In this document: piece by piece, positions 35,828 to 45,937 of the stretch
Numbering within the stretch: position 1 is the stretch's first letter
Layout of the letters: each line of letters begins with the position of its first letter
Virus record (IMG/VR): IMGVR_UViG_3300028920_000043
Span: 1-64,000 of that record
Source: a virus
Direction: 5' to 3' (one strand)
DNA: 64,000 nt
Made by a program: the position numbers and the translations under genes
The notes under the pieces: model-generated
The model's database searches: none
Told to the model about the DNA's origin: nothing
Seen by the model: the letters and a program-made list of their open reading frames with translations, nothing else

Positions 35828-36748
35828 TTATCCTCCAAATAGATCATAAAGAGTTCTAACATCCTTCTGCTTCACCAATCCTTTTTCCAAACTATTAAAC
35901 TCATACGTTCGGTATTCTTTTAATACTTGCTTATATGTCAAGTCAAGTATGCCATCAATGTTCAATACTATCTTCCGTATTGTGGAATGCTCAAACTTCT
36001 TATCCAACTTCATGAGTTTTATATTTCGGCGTACTTTTTTCAGTTCCTTTTGTATTATTATATAAAACTTTTCCAGAGGTTCTCCAGAAAAATCATTTTC
36101 TTTTAAGAAAGTTATTAGATTCTTTTCTCCGATCAACCGTTCCGATATCTTACGAGCGCGCACCGGCCCCAATCCTTTGATGCCGTCTATGTTGTCTGAC
36201 GTGTCCCCAATCAATGCTCGTTCCAATATCCATAAGTTTTTAGTTATGCCATTCTGTTTGAAAAACTCATCCCCAATAACTGTTTCCCCATCCTTACTTA
36301 TCTTGACCTTCTTGGACAGCAACTGAATGAAATCCTTGTCACTGCCCCGTATGATTGCCTCATGCCCGTTCCGTTCCAACTCTCCGCACACTGCGGCGAT
36401 AATATCATCCCCCTCATTGCGCTTCAAAGAAAAACTATGGATATTGAGCGCTTTCAAAAGCTTTCGAGCATTATGGATACTTTCAAAATAGCGCTTCCAA
36501 TCAATCTCGTCTTTCTTTTCTCTACGCTGCGCTTTGTACTCTGGATAGATCTCACGTCTCTTCTCTGATCCGTCCCGACTGTCCCAACACACCACTACGC
36601 TATCACACTGGAGCTTCTCATAACAAGCTCGCATATCCTGAAACAAACCATAAGCAACTGTTGTATCTCTGCCATCATACGTGCAAAGACTACGAGTAAC
36701 AAATGATTTGAATGCTATCCAGTTTCCATCGTATACTAAAACTCTCAT
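35828..36748 (-). CDS. 5'-3' exonuclease / flap endonuclease (PolI N-terminal, T4 RNase H-like)
   Basis: DGN, RREIYPEYKAQR, EGDDII, DKDFIQL, GDTSDNIDGIKGLG. Confidence 0.92.
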   Translation of the reverse strand: MRVLVYDGNWIAFKSFVTRSLCTYDGRDTTVAYGLFQDMRACYEKLQCDSVVVCWDSRDGSEKRREIYPEYKAQRREKKDEIDWKRYFESIHNARKLLKALNIHSFSLKRNEGDDIIAAVCGELERNGHEAIIRGSDKDFIQLLSKKVKISKDGETVIGDEFFKQNGITKNLWILERALIGDTSDNIDGIKGLGPVRARKISERLIGEKNLITFLKENDFSGEPLEKFYIIIQKELKKVRRNIKLMKLDKKFEHSTIRKIVLNIDGILDLTYKQVLKEYRTYEFNSLEKGLVKQKDVRTLYDLFGG

Positions 36749-36778
36749 TTTTCAAAATCCCCTAGTTCATTCTGAAAC

Positions 36779-36828
36779 TTTCAAATTGGACTAGTTCATT
36801 AGCTTTCATGCGTGAAAGCTTTTGAACC
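36779..36828. repeat. Dispersed palindrome, copy 6 (core 36803-36818)
   Basis: TTTCAAATTGGACTAGTTCATTAG-CTTTCATGCGTGAAAG-CTTTTGAAC; extra half-arm CTAGTTCATT at about 36762. Confidence 0.9.
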
Positions 36829-37054
36829 TCCCCAGCATGCCTGTTAAGAACGTTTTCTTTTCCTGTGTCTCTTCACCAGCAACTTCAATCTCAACGATGA
36901 CTTCACCATTGATCATGGCTACCAATACTTCGTTTCCGTTCTTGTGCATAGTGACAACATTCATCTTTATTTCGTGGATACCCTTTTTGAGTATTGCACG
37001 TTCCACTGCTTGCTCAATCTTATCTTTGATATTATCCAGCTCTGCTTTTTTCAT
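36806..37054 (-). CDS. Hypothetical protein
   Basis: 82 aa with GGGGAG RBS; the stop falls inside palindrome copy 6. Confidence 0.55.
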   Translation of the reverse strand: MKKAELDNIKDKIEQAVERAILKKGIHEIKMNVVTMHKNGNEVLVAMINGEVIVEIEVAGEETQEKKTFLTGMLGRFKSFHA

Positions 37055-38780
37055 GCTTTCTCCCCGTTGAGAAAATCAAACTCCTCAACTTCATCGGACT
37101 CCACTTATGAATATCGATTCTGGTCAGCTTAAAACTATCTGAGAATAACTTATTGAATAACTGCGCTTTCTTATGAAAGATCTCAAACACTCGTTCTTCC
37201 ACAGAGTCCTTTGCAAAAAAGTTAATGACCGTAATCACTTTTGCTTTTGAATTGAATCTTCTGGCTCTTCCGATACGCTGACGCATCCGCGCCGGATTGT
37301 ATGGTATGTCAAGATTGATAACAACGTTTGCTTCCGGAAAGTTCAATCCGCGCTCTCCAGCACCTGTCATTATAAGTATGGCCGTATGGCTTTTACTAGA
37401 TCGAAATCCCTGGTACTGTAAGGACCTATCAAAATCTTTCATGCCTCCATAAACATAAAAAGGCTTATATGCCTTCAACTCTTTAATCGCTTCCTTTACA
37501 AACATCTTGCTTTCCGAAAAGATAATTATTTTCTTTCCACGCAATTCATTCTCTAAAAGTATTTTCAGTTCTTCTATCTTTGCGGACTTCTCGTTCTTGT
37601 ATTCTGGAAAGATATTCAACGAAGAACAAACCTTTCGGAGATGAATTATCGTTGCCAGCAAGTTATCAGAATTGTACTCCTCCAAAACCCCATCTTTTAT
37701 TTCTTCATATACTTTCCTTTGTTGCTTAGTTAAGTCAATTGGATAATTGCTTATGACGATTCTCGGTAGTTGTTTGTCAATCTCGTCTGTGGTTCGTTGT
37801 AGGTAGTATGGATCTATTCGCGCTTTAACCTCCTCCAGACGTTTATAATCCACCACCTTCTTATACATGTAACCTGTCTTGTGGTTCTTCTTTTCTTCAA
37901 TCACCAAATGCCTGCGCTTGAAAAAATTATGACTCCAAAATAAATTACTATCCAGCAAGCGCATAATTCCATATAGATCTTCCAGTCCATTCTCGACTGG
38001 CGTTGCCGTCAAGCATATCTTGTATCTTGCATTCTTGAACTGCTTGTAGATTTGCTTGTGTGTTGCGGTACCGGTGTTTCGTATTCTTGATGCTTCATCA
38101 CAAATCACCATCCGCTTTCTATATCGCTTCAGTATTTGCATCCAGTAATGCTTATCACGGATCAGTAATTCATAATTAACCATCACCACCGGAACTTTAC
38201 GAGATTTCAAATTCCAAAGCTTTGAGTACTTCGCTTTTCGATCTGCCGGCTCTCCCATCATTCTCAATATGCCAATCTTCTTTTTGAATTTCTTTGTCAA
38301 GCATTCTTTTATTTCTTGCGCCCATTGAAACTTCAATGGACTGGGACAAAGAACAATAACGATATCTACATTCCGTTCTTCAACAGCACGAATCATCACT
38401 CCTATACTTTGCAATGTCTTTCCCAAACCAACATCATCTGCCAACAAACCACTTTCACTCTTATATAAAAAATCGATTCCTTGCTCTTGAAAGAGATATG
38501 GTTTTTTATTCTTGGTAAAAAACTGAGAGTAGTCAAAAGCAGGCTTCTGTTTCTTTGCCGCTTGCAACTTCTTCTTTCTTTCAAGCAATTTCCAATAAGG
38601 GCTGTCATCCTTGAGTCTAAAATCATACCCATACCGCTTCTTGAGGTATGCAAGATAAGACCAATGGATGAACGATCCGGAAGCGAGATCAATAAATATC
38701 CCCATCCGAGAACGTTCGGTTCTGGAGATTCCTTTTACATGAAAGAATCCGCATTGATAATAACTGACTTTGATTTTCAT
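37032..38780 (-). CDS. SNF2-family helicase
   Basis: LLADDVGLGKT, DEAS, TATPVENGL, GLN..AN.VI..D.P.NP...QRIGR. Confidence 0.92.
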   Translation of the reverse strand: MKIKVSYYQCGFFHVKGISRTERSRMGIFIDLASGSFIHWSYLAYLKKRYGYDFRLKDDSPYWKLLERKKKLQAAKKQKPAFDYSQFFTKNKKPYLFQEQGIDFLYKSESGLLADDVGLGKTLQSIGVMIRAVEERNVDIVIVLCPSPLKFQWAQEIKECLTKKFKKKIGILRMMGEPADRKAKYSKLWNLKSRKVPVVMVNYELLIRDKHYWMQILKRYRKRMVICDEASRIRNTGTATHKQIYKQFKNARYKICLTATPVENGLEDLYGIMRLLDSNLFWSHNFFKRRHLVIEEKKNHKTGYMYKKVVDYKRLEEVKARIDPYYLQRTTDEIDKQLPRIVISNYPIDLTKQQRKVYEEIKDGVLEEYNSDNLLATIIHLRKVCSSLNIFPEYKNEKSAKIEELKILLENELRGKKIIIFSESKMFVKEAIKELKAYKPFYVYGGMKDFDRSLQYQGFRSSKSHTAILIMTGAGERGLNFPEANVVINLDIPYNPARMRQRIGRARRFNSKAKVITVINFFAKDSVEERVFEIFHKKAQLFNKLFSDSFKLTRIDIHKWSPMKLRSLIFSTGRKHEKSRAG

Positions 38781-38814
38781 TTCAATTCCATGCAGAAAGT
38801 AATCTTACAATTTT

Positions 38815-38842
38815 ATTATATTCCTGCTGAAATCGAAAGCAA
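38815..38842 (-). promoter_or_regulatory. sigma70-type promoter of the modification/replication operon
   Basis: TTGCTT-16 nt-TATAAT. Confidence 0.6.
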
Positions 38843-38897
38843 TAGAAAAATAAAAAAAACTAGGAAGGAGGGGATGCGTTCTTTTGGGCTTGCGTTG

Positions 38898-38997
38898 TTG
38901 TATTTATATTTATATTTTATATGTATTCATTTTTTATTTCTATATTCCATATACCATACACTATTGTATATTATATTATATATTATATTATATATAG
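38898..38997. other. Extremely AT-rich (TA-repeat) intergenic tract
   Basis: TATATTATATTATATATTATATTATATATA and similar runs between the tail and replication modules. Confidence 0.7.
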
Positions 38998-39017
38998 AGC
39001 GTCCAAGAAAAAACTCG

Positions 39018-42000
39018 TTAAGATACCCTACTGAAATAATAACCACCGGCGCCTTGCGCTTCTATTATACTACTTACTTCAATCTTCCAATGAACATAAT
39101 AAGGCTGTATGGCTTTTTTGACAGTCTTTTGGTATTCTGTTACGGTAGTGCTTAAAGTTTCGCCACTCCAAGAGAAGGGAGCAAATCCTTTGGTTGCCCT
39201 AGACACTACTACCGTCACTTCCATAATCACTTTTTCAGTACTTGGATTATAATCGAAAGAGAATGAAATACTTTTTGCCATGTAACTGTTAGCAGTATGA
39301 TTATAGGTTATGGAAGTAGATATGGATTCCTTGTAATACTGCTCACTTCCTGCTTTGTATCCGTAGAAAACAGCACTGGAGTTATTAGTATCGTGCAGAC
39401 TCTCATGGAATCGAATTGTGGCAATAGCATTATTTGTGTAGTATCCATTTCCTTTATCGTTGGGCCAACCACTCGTATTCAAATGAGTAAAATAACTGCC
39501 TATGTCAATGGTTCCTAAATATGGCCTTGCATTATTAACGATCTGAGACATGGATTGAAAATCGTCTTCCAAGAATGTAAGATCAACAGTCATTTGATCT
39601 CCTATTCTTGGCGGAGAAGTAGGATAGTATTGAGTATCGATTGTGAGTATTTTTCCTGCCTCTGAAAAGGTATAAGGATACGTGCTGAGACCTTCAGGCC
39701 ACGCAGTCCCGGTCTCCGCGGATTTGACCCATTCAACATACGCTTTTCTGTTCAGCCCTGACCGACCAGGCCATCCAGGAATTATCTTATAATAGTTATA
39801 AATTGATGACCCTGATTTCTTGGTCGATATATAAAAATATACATCATGGTCGGGACTGTTTATGGCGATGTCTTTTATACCGTTTGCTGTAATAGATTCT
39901 CCGTGGATATGTGCTTCAAAATCTGGCGCACTATAACCCAATAAAAGACCTTCTATTTGGTACCCATTATTGTTGATTGCTTCCAATGGGGAAACATAAA
40001 GAACGCAAGCATCTTCGTCCACGTATGCCCCGGTTGAGGCGTTCACTCTCAGCTTTCCATATTCAATGTTATCCGTATCCAAGGTTGATAGAATAGGCAC
40101 CATAAAGACATCGCCATCGTAAGGACTCGGCCACATGGTGGTAAACAACCATACTTTTGCAAGAGAATCCTTGTTTATTCTTATCAGGTCTCGGTAATTG
40201 GAATTCGTATAATTATAAATGTTGATAAAAAGACAGTCTTTGGATTCATTGTAAATAAGAGACGACCAATCTCCTTTCCACATATTATCATTGGAAGCAT
40301 ACCCATGAACCTCAACATCCGTCTCTACGTAATCAGCATCTCCGTTGAATAGTTTTTCTTTATTTATTTTTGCAAGGCGTACTTTGTCATCCCGCCACCG
40401 TCTCATGTATAGACAATACAGATAAGTACCATCATCACACATTGACCGGATATAAGTCTGGATTGTTCCGGCACTTTCTACGGTTGGCGCATCAGTCGGT
40501 TCTTTGAATAAATATAACTTGTCTCCCGCTTGAAGAAAGCTGGCCGGGGTTCCAAAAGCACTATAAAGAAATCCTTGAACCCAGTACATGTTATAAACAG
40601 TATAAGCGGCATAATTCTCGCCATCATGCTTTACAAACTCACCATTCCGGTAAACATATAAATAGTATCCTTGACATCTCCAATCAGAATAAAGATGATA
40701 CATGTTAGGAGAATCCCACCACACCTGTCCGTCTTCAAATGCGGGACTGACATACTCATCTCCTGTAGCAAAATATATCTTTACATAACTTGGATTGAAT
40801 ACATAAGTACTTAATACCGGAACGTAATTATCCCCAAGAATAACATTGTCTCTATGTCTTTCTGTTTGGTTATAATAATCTACTTCTTGAAGCCTTACAC
40901 CAGTATCCTGTTCATCAGTATCTTCCGGCCAAGTACACCTATATATCTTTCCATCATCTGCACTTTCAGAATTGAAATCTTTACAGATTCCGACCGACAT
41001 TAAATAATTACTATTCAGCTCGGTTTCATTCGCCAGAAGTTTTGTACTTCTGAGAATCTTGGTATGCTTCAAATAATAATTCTGATCTTGTTGATCATCC
41101 GCCGGATCCCTGCGAGATAGAATCTTAGACTGTATTGGAGTTATCTGAAGATGCGCGTGGCAATCCATCTGAATGGAATCGGTTTTATAGTACATAGAGA
41201 ACGGCTTAATCTCATTGGTATACAAAGCAATAGGTTGGCGTTCAGACATCAATGGACTCTTATCCAAAACTCTCACAATATTTGCTGATGTAAGTTCCGA
41301 TGGCAATGGAACGCTTCTCAATATCTCTGCATTGGTATATCCTGCAAACCATATGGCACTAGCAGATGACCAATCGAATATTCTTTGATCTCCATAAAGA
41401 CGTACCACTACCAAATGCGTGGAAGTGAGAACGTATAATCTATCAGATCCGTTGTATCTGATTATACTCTTTGAAGTGCCAGGCAAATCAAGAATCTTAT
41501 TGAGACTGAAAGTAGCCAACTGTGATCCAGCGTAATTCCAATATCCCAAACTCTCTACGGTCCCATAGGTGTATGAAATGTCTCCCCAGTTTCCTCCCCA
41601 TATTCTCACCGCTTGTTGAGGATAATTCTGACGCTTGGTAGTAGAGCTTCCAGGAACCAAAGTATACAGTCCATCAGATTTCAGTAGAACATAACAACTC
41701 ATGCTCTGTCCGTGTTGGGCCCAATAATTAGTACCGCTATCCCCGCTGTTATTAGCAGGCGTTCCTACTACTGCATCCAATATTCCATCTTCCGGATCGA
41801 AAGAATCCCCACTGTTCTTCAAGTAGTTTACTGTGTAGGATGGAGTAAAGGTTTTGCATACATGAGATATATCAAAGCTGATTTTGGTAGGAGTATTTGC
41901 CGGCCGCTCAGAAGCCGCCGGACCCGATACATTATAGATCACTCCGCCCACCAATGCCGGTAGTTTGTTTCTGGCGGGAAACCAACTGAATACTTCTGAG

Positions 42001-43397
42001 TAGCTCCCTACCGATGTATTATCAGAATGATATCCAATGGCTGTAAGCCTCTCGGGGGCTACAGTCAGCTTTTCAGGATTATCACTTGCAACCATTTCCC
42101 CTTTGAGTAAAGATAAAGAAAGATCGATGACTTTTACTTCTTGATCAAATAAGCCATATAAGAAATTTCTGTTCTGAATAAAATCTGTGATATACCAAGG
42201 CTCTACTTTCGCAAGAGTCGCCCCGCCTATCTGTTTACCAGTATGATCAAATATAGGATTGTTAAGTAATGTTCCGCCTTCGTCATACTTGGGAAACTGT
42301 AATGCCATTGCTTGAGCATCGTTGAATATAGTACTCGCTTTTATATCAGCAAAAGATATATCCAAATAACGCTTGCTATACTGACTCTGAAATATATCTT
42401 TGAATTTCTTTTTCTCAAACTTATTAAGATCCGCAGCACTCCACCAAGCCAGGTAACCATACCGTCCAAGATTAAAATCCAATGACGGATAATAAGTTCC
42501 CAGAAATAACTTGTGAAGCAAATTGACATAGTAAGAATTCATTGAGCGCGTGGGGATAAACTTGGCTAATTGAGATCCGTTATAGTATGTCCAGAAACTC
42601 GTGGAAGGAAAGTTTCGTTGGTTGCTATCGGTATCTTCAAACACCAATCCTATATCGGAAGTCAATACAACGTTTATTCCCGGACGTACTTTGAATAATG
42701 TAGGGCCGGAAACATAGGAAGGAGTGAACTCCACAAAGTCTGTTCCCAATGCACCGTAAAGAGGACCGGAAGGAGTTTGAGCACTTGTTATCGTGGGATA
42801 AAGGGTAACATCTACCTTATGCCCTACTGTCGGTGAGGAAGAAACAGTTAAAGTAAAAAAGAGATTATAGCCTATTGAGTTTCCAGGGGTAGTTTGAAAT
42901 GTTTGAGATCCAATAGTTATCGTAACCACTCCAGATTCAATCGCTGTTATCTCAGCAGTGAAATTACTTTGAACTGGATTCCCGTCATCATTCCACTTAT
43001 CTACATCAAAAGCTACTCCCAACGAATCTCCTGTCTTTGTCACCCATGGAACTCCATCACTGAAAGTTGCCTCTCCTATATAGCCTTCCCCGGCATATAA
43101 CATTCTACCATCTTTGGTAAATGCATTTGCCGTTCTGTCAGTATTATACGTGTTAAAAGGATCTGGATATATGCAAGGGATTATTAATTGATTATCCAAA
43201 AAGGTTTCAAAGAAGCGATCAAATTGTGGAACGAAACCAATCAGTGCTGCAGACTTTTCATCGTAGACAGGAAAGTGAATGTACTCTTGATACTTCCGAG
43301 TAACCATTCTGGCTACTCGTTCTCTATCAAGATATTCTTGAGGAAAATCAAAAGGTTTTAATGTAGGACCACCAGTGCTCATTCTGTTTACCGTCAA
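39018..43397 (-). CDS. Large tail/receptor-binding protein
   Basis: 1459 aa, rich in Y/S/T/G beta-type sequence, last gene of the tail module. Confidence 0.55.
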   Translation of the reverse strand: MTVNRMSTGGPTLKPFDFPQEYLDRERVARMVTRKYQEYIHFPVYDEKSAALIGFVPQFDRFFETFLDNQLIIPCIYPDPFNTYNTDRTANAFTKDGRMLYAGEGYIGEATFSDGVPWVTKTGDSLGVAFDVDKWNDDGNPVQSNFTAEITAIESGVVTITIGSQTFQTTPGNSIGYNLFFTLTVSSSPTVGHKVDVTLYPTITSAQTPSGPLYGALGTDFVEFTPSYVSGPTLFKVRPGINVVLTSDIGLVFEDTDSNQRNFPSTSFWTYYNGSQLAKFIPTRSMNSYYVNLLHKLFLGTYYPSLDFNLGRYGYLAWWSAADLNKFEKKKFKDIFQSQYSKRYLDISFADIKASTIFNDAQAMALQFPKYDEGGTLLNNPIFDHTGKQIGGATLAKVEPWYITDFIQNRNFLYGLFDQEVKVIDLSLSLLKGEMVASDNPEKLTVAPERLTAIGYHSDNTSVGSYSEVFSWFPARNKLPALVGGVIYNVSGPAASERPANTPTKISFDISHVCKTFTPSYTVNYLKNSGDSFDPEDGILDAVVGTPANNSGDSGTNYWAQHGQSMSCYVLLKSDGLYTLVPGSSTTKRQNYPQQAVRIWGGNWGDISYTYGTVESLGYWNYAGSQLATFSLNKILDLPGTSKSIIRYNGSDRLYVLTSTHLVVVRLYGDQRIFDWSSASAIWFAGYTNAEILRSVPLPSELTSANIVRVLDKSPLMSERQPIALYTNEIKPFSMYYKTDSIQMDCHAHLQITPIQSKILSRRDPADDQQDQNYYLKHTKILRSTKLLANETELNSNYLMSVGICKDFNSESADDGKIYRCTWPEDTDEQDTGVRLQEVDYYNQTERHRDNVILGDNYVPVLSTYVFNPSYVKIYFATGDEYVSPAFEDGQVWWDSPNMYHLYSDWRCQGYYLYVYRNGEFVKHDGENYAAYTVYNMYWVQGFLYSAFGTPASFLQAGDKLYLFKEPTDAPTVESAGTIQTYIRSMCDDGTYLYCLYMRRWRDDKVRLAKINKEKLFNGDADYVETDVEVHGYASNDNMWKGDWSSLIYNESKDCLFINIYNYTNSNYRDLIRINKDSLAKVWLFTTMWPSPYDGDVFMVPILSTLDTDNIEYGKLRVNASTGAYVDEDACVLYVSPLEAINNNGYQIEGLLLGYSAPDFEAHIHGESITANGIKDIAINSPDHDVYFYISTKKSGSSIYNYYKIIPGWPGRSGLNRKAYVEWVKSAETGTAWPEGLSTYPYTFSEAGKILTIDTQYYPTSPPRIGDQMTVDLTFLEDDFQSMSQIVNNARPYLGTIDIGSYFTHLNTSGWPNDKGNGYYTNNAIATIRFHESLHDTNNSSAVFYGYKAGSEQYYKESISTSITYNHTANSYMAKSISFSFDYNPSTEKVIMEVTVVVSRATKGFAPFSWSGETLSTTVTEYQKTVKKAIQPYYVHWKIEVSSIIEAQGAGGYYFSRVS

Positions 43398-43696
43398 GAA
43401 ATATTAGAGGCTACCAATGCCGCAGGAACCAGATTCATTATTCCAGAGGTAAGAAGATCACTGGCAACAAGGGGGTAATGAGTACTGAATGCTAATCCCA
43501 AATCTCTAGCATATAAATGATGGTGAATTGAAATGCCTCCACTATCTTCATCGGATACACCTCCACCACCTCCCGGGACCACTATTTCTTCTTCCGGCTC
43601 TTCTCGCAATGTAGATCTTCTGACACTCTCGAGACGATTAACGCGCTTCTCCAGCGCGCGTATATATGCCAGTACTTGATTGACATCTGTTCTCAT
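43394..43696 (-). CDS. Small tail-associated protein
   Basis: IRALEKRVNRLE coiled coil and poly-Gly; coupled to neighbours. Confidence 0.55.
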   Translation of the reverse strand: MRTDVNQVLAYIRALEKRVNRLESVRRSTLREEPEEEIVVPGGGGGVSDEDSGGISIHHHLYARDLGLAFSTHYPLVASDLLTSGIMNLVPAALVASNIS

Positions 43697-45924
43697 TATT
43701 TGTTCCTTAACGTGCCGGAAGTTTTGAATCCTTGAAGATCCAATGCCAAGCCTACAACAGTCAATTCCAATCCAGTGAATTCTGAATTCTCAAACTCATT
43801 CACTTTATCTCCCGGTCTCAATGTTGCATCGAATCTTGGATTCATCCACGTTGCCGAGAATGCCGCATCTTTTAATCCGGCCACTTCAGAATCAATGAAG
43901 GCAGCAAGCTCTTCGTAGTTATTGAATTTTATTTCCGTCTTCAAATTCAATCCAGTTTTGCCTGTCGTCTCCTCCCATTCTAAAGGATCAGTTTCCACAG
44001 TAGGTATTTTCGGCCTGTACTTACCATCCGGATCTGGTAGCATAGATTCAAACTTTAGTTGCGCTTTGAAATCCCCTTCGCGGTCTTCCGTGCGTTCTAT
44101 GGTAATGGGTACAGTGCCTTGACGTTCGGAATCATAATACAACCGAGCATTAGTCTTGAGAACGGCAGTCAAGAATATTCGTTTGGTAATCCAGGTATCC
44201 GGATTACTGGCCGTAATGTTATTATAGTTCGTTCCATCATACGAAGTGAAGTTAATTGCTTCTCGTACCACATTGAAAGTCGAGAATTCCAATGTTCCAG
44301 TTTTGGGATCGAACTTATAACCTGATTCGGTTCCAGATACTTCTTCATATACCTCTATGAGACTCGTGGTGGCCTTACTCGGATCTTGTCTGATTTCATT
44401 GACTATCACTTTCAACTTCGGATGAACACTTTTCTTCTTCTTGTCATCCCAGACTTCCGTGATCAGTTTCGGTAATGCCGTTGCCTGCTTTCCAGGAAAG
44501 AACCATGATGTTTCAATATCGAATGCCTCCGGAGTACCAAATATACCATCAAGATGTTCTTCGATTCTTTCGTAATCATAATCTTCTGGGATTCTCCAAC
44601 AGCGAAATACCTTACCGATGTTCTTACCGCTCGAGTCATTGGCATCTGTGGTCTTCAAACTCTTGGAGAGTTGTGCCATGGCCTGCGCCGTTGTCTTTCC
44701 CGCGGATCTCAAGTTGGCAAACTCAGTCTTGAAATTAGTGAAGTCTTCATCTGACCATGCCGGTTCCAATTCAATCGTTGTCTCTACTTCAATATTTCCT
44801 CCTACACCGTGGAGTCTGTTTACAACATCCGCAGCATTTTGACTGACACTCAAACTACCCACATTATATTCCGGATGATCCGTTACTCCGTTTCCGGAAA
44901 CACCAATCACTACTCGTCTTGTTTTTTCTTGCGCGTTCAATACTGCTGTTTGATACAACTCACTTGGGGAAGGAGTACCACTCGTTCCTGTAACTGCTGA
45001 CGGATTGTTCCGTGTATTTTCAGGACGTGTTGAAAACACGATTAAATCTGACTCTTTCTTTTTATGAAAGACATAACTGTTCATATCGTCCAAGTACCAA
45101 CTGTTCAATGGATCCGCGTCTTTCACTATTCTAGTAATGGCATTTGTGAAATTGGATCCCTCCAACTCATAATCAAAAGCATTATGACTTGAGTTCAGTT
45201 GAATCTCAGTCTCTTCGGGCAGACGAATGACTCCGGGCAATCGCTGACCGATTTCCAGAAACAACATATACTCCAGAACATCATCCAGAGTCCAAAACTG
45301 CGCCTTGTCCGAATCCTTAGAAAATACATGAACCTTTCTGGAATAAGGATTCAATAATCCTGTTCCGGACTCTGCGGATACGCTTACTTTATTGGGAGAC
45401 TTATCCGGCTTGCCATTCTCATTGAATACCAATCTCTGAAAAGGATTCTTGGCATAAGAAGTAACGTTCCTATCTTCATCATATTCCGTTGCCATCCATG
45501 AACCGTGCGCTTGCTTTGATGATAAGACAAACTTATAACCGACCGCACGAAAAGAATTGCCGTCCGCACTACTACCCAACTCGTTCGATGGCTCTAAAAT
45601 GATTCCGCGGAATAGTTGAATTGATCCGACCGGCAGATGCGCCCAATATGCTTTTATCTTTATCGGTGTTCCGATTACCGTACCGCCTTCGGAAAAGCGT
45701 TCCTGAGGAAACGATACTTCCGCAGTATTGTTCTCATCATTGATTCCCAAAGTGATTCCAGAAACCGATGCTACTGCTACACGATTCGGTGACAGCGTTG
45801 CTCGCCGTCCGAAGGTAGTATGATAAAATCCAGACCACCAAGACAAGCTACCGGTGCGTTCTGCTTGCACGTAGATTCTTGGAGGCTGAACCAAGGAAGG
45901 ACTGTATGTTAATCCAACACCCAT
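43696..45924 (-). CDS. Tail hub/baseplate-like protein
   Basis: LFRGII, VVNRLHGVG and LRPGDKV segments resemble Tal/gpD-type hub proteins; position in the tail module. Confidence 0.5.
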   Translation of the reverse strand: MGVGLTYSPSLVQPPRIYVQAERTGSLSWWSGFYHTTFGRRATLSPNRVAVASVSGITLGINDENNTAEVSFPQERFSEGGTVIGTPIKIKAYWAHLPVGSIQLFRGIILEPSNELGSSADGNSFRAVGYKFVLSSKQAHGSWMATEYDEDRNVTSYAKNPFQRLVFNENGKPDKSPNKVSVSAESGTGLLNPYSRKVHVFSKDSDKAQFWTLDDVLEYMLFLEIGQRLPGVIRLPEETEIQLNSSHNAFDYELEGSNFTNAITRIVKDADPLNSWYLDDMNSYVFHKKKESDLIVFSTRPENTRNNPSAVTGTSGTPSPSELYQTAVLNAQEKTRRVVIGVSGNGVTDHPEYNVGSLSVSQNAADVVNRLHGVGGNIEVETTIELEPAWSDEDFTNFKTEFANLRSAGKTTAQAMAQLSKSLKTTDANDSSGKNIGKVFRCWRIPEDYDYERIEEHLDGIFGTPEAFDIETSWFFPGKQATALPKLITEVWDDKKKKSVHPKLKVIVNEIRQDPSKATTSLIEVYEEVSGTESGYKFDPKTGTLEFSTFNVVREAINFTSYDGTNYNNITASNPDTWITKRIFLTAVLKTNARLYYDSERQGTVPITIERTEDREGDFKAQLKFESMLPDPDGKYRPKIPTVETDPLEWEETTGKTGLNLKTEIKFNNYEELAAFIDSEVAGLKDAAFSATWMNPRFDATLRPGDKVNEFENSEFTGLELTVVGLALDLQGFKTSGTLRNK

Positions 45925-45937
45925 GATCTGGCTTCCT

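Noticed and set aside
38481-39155. 224-aa plus-strand ORF
   Set aside because: Runs antisense to two real genes and through the TA-repeat tract; low-complexity Y/I/L product
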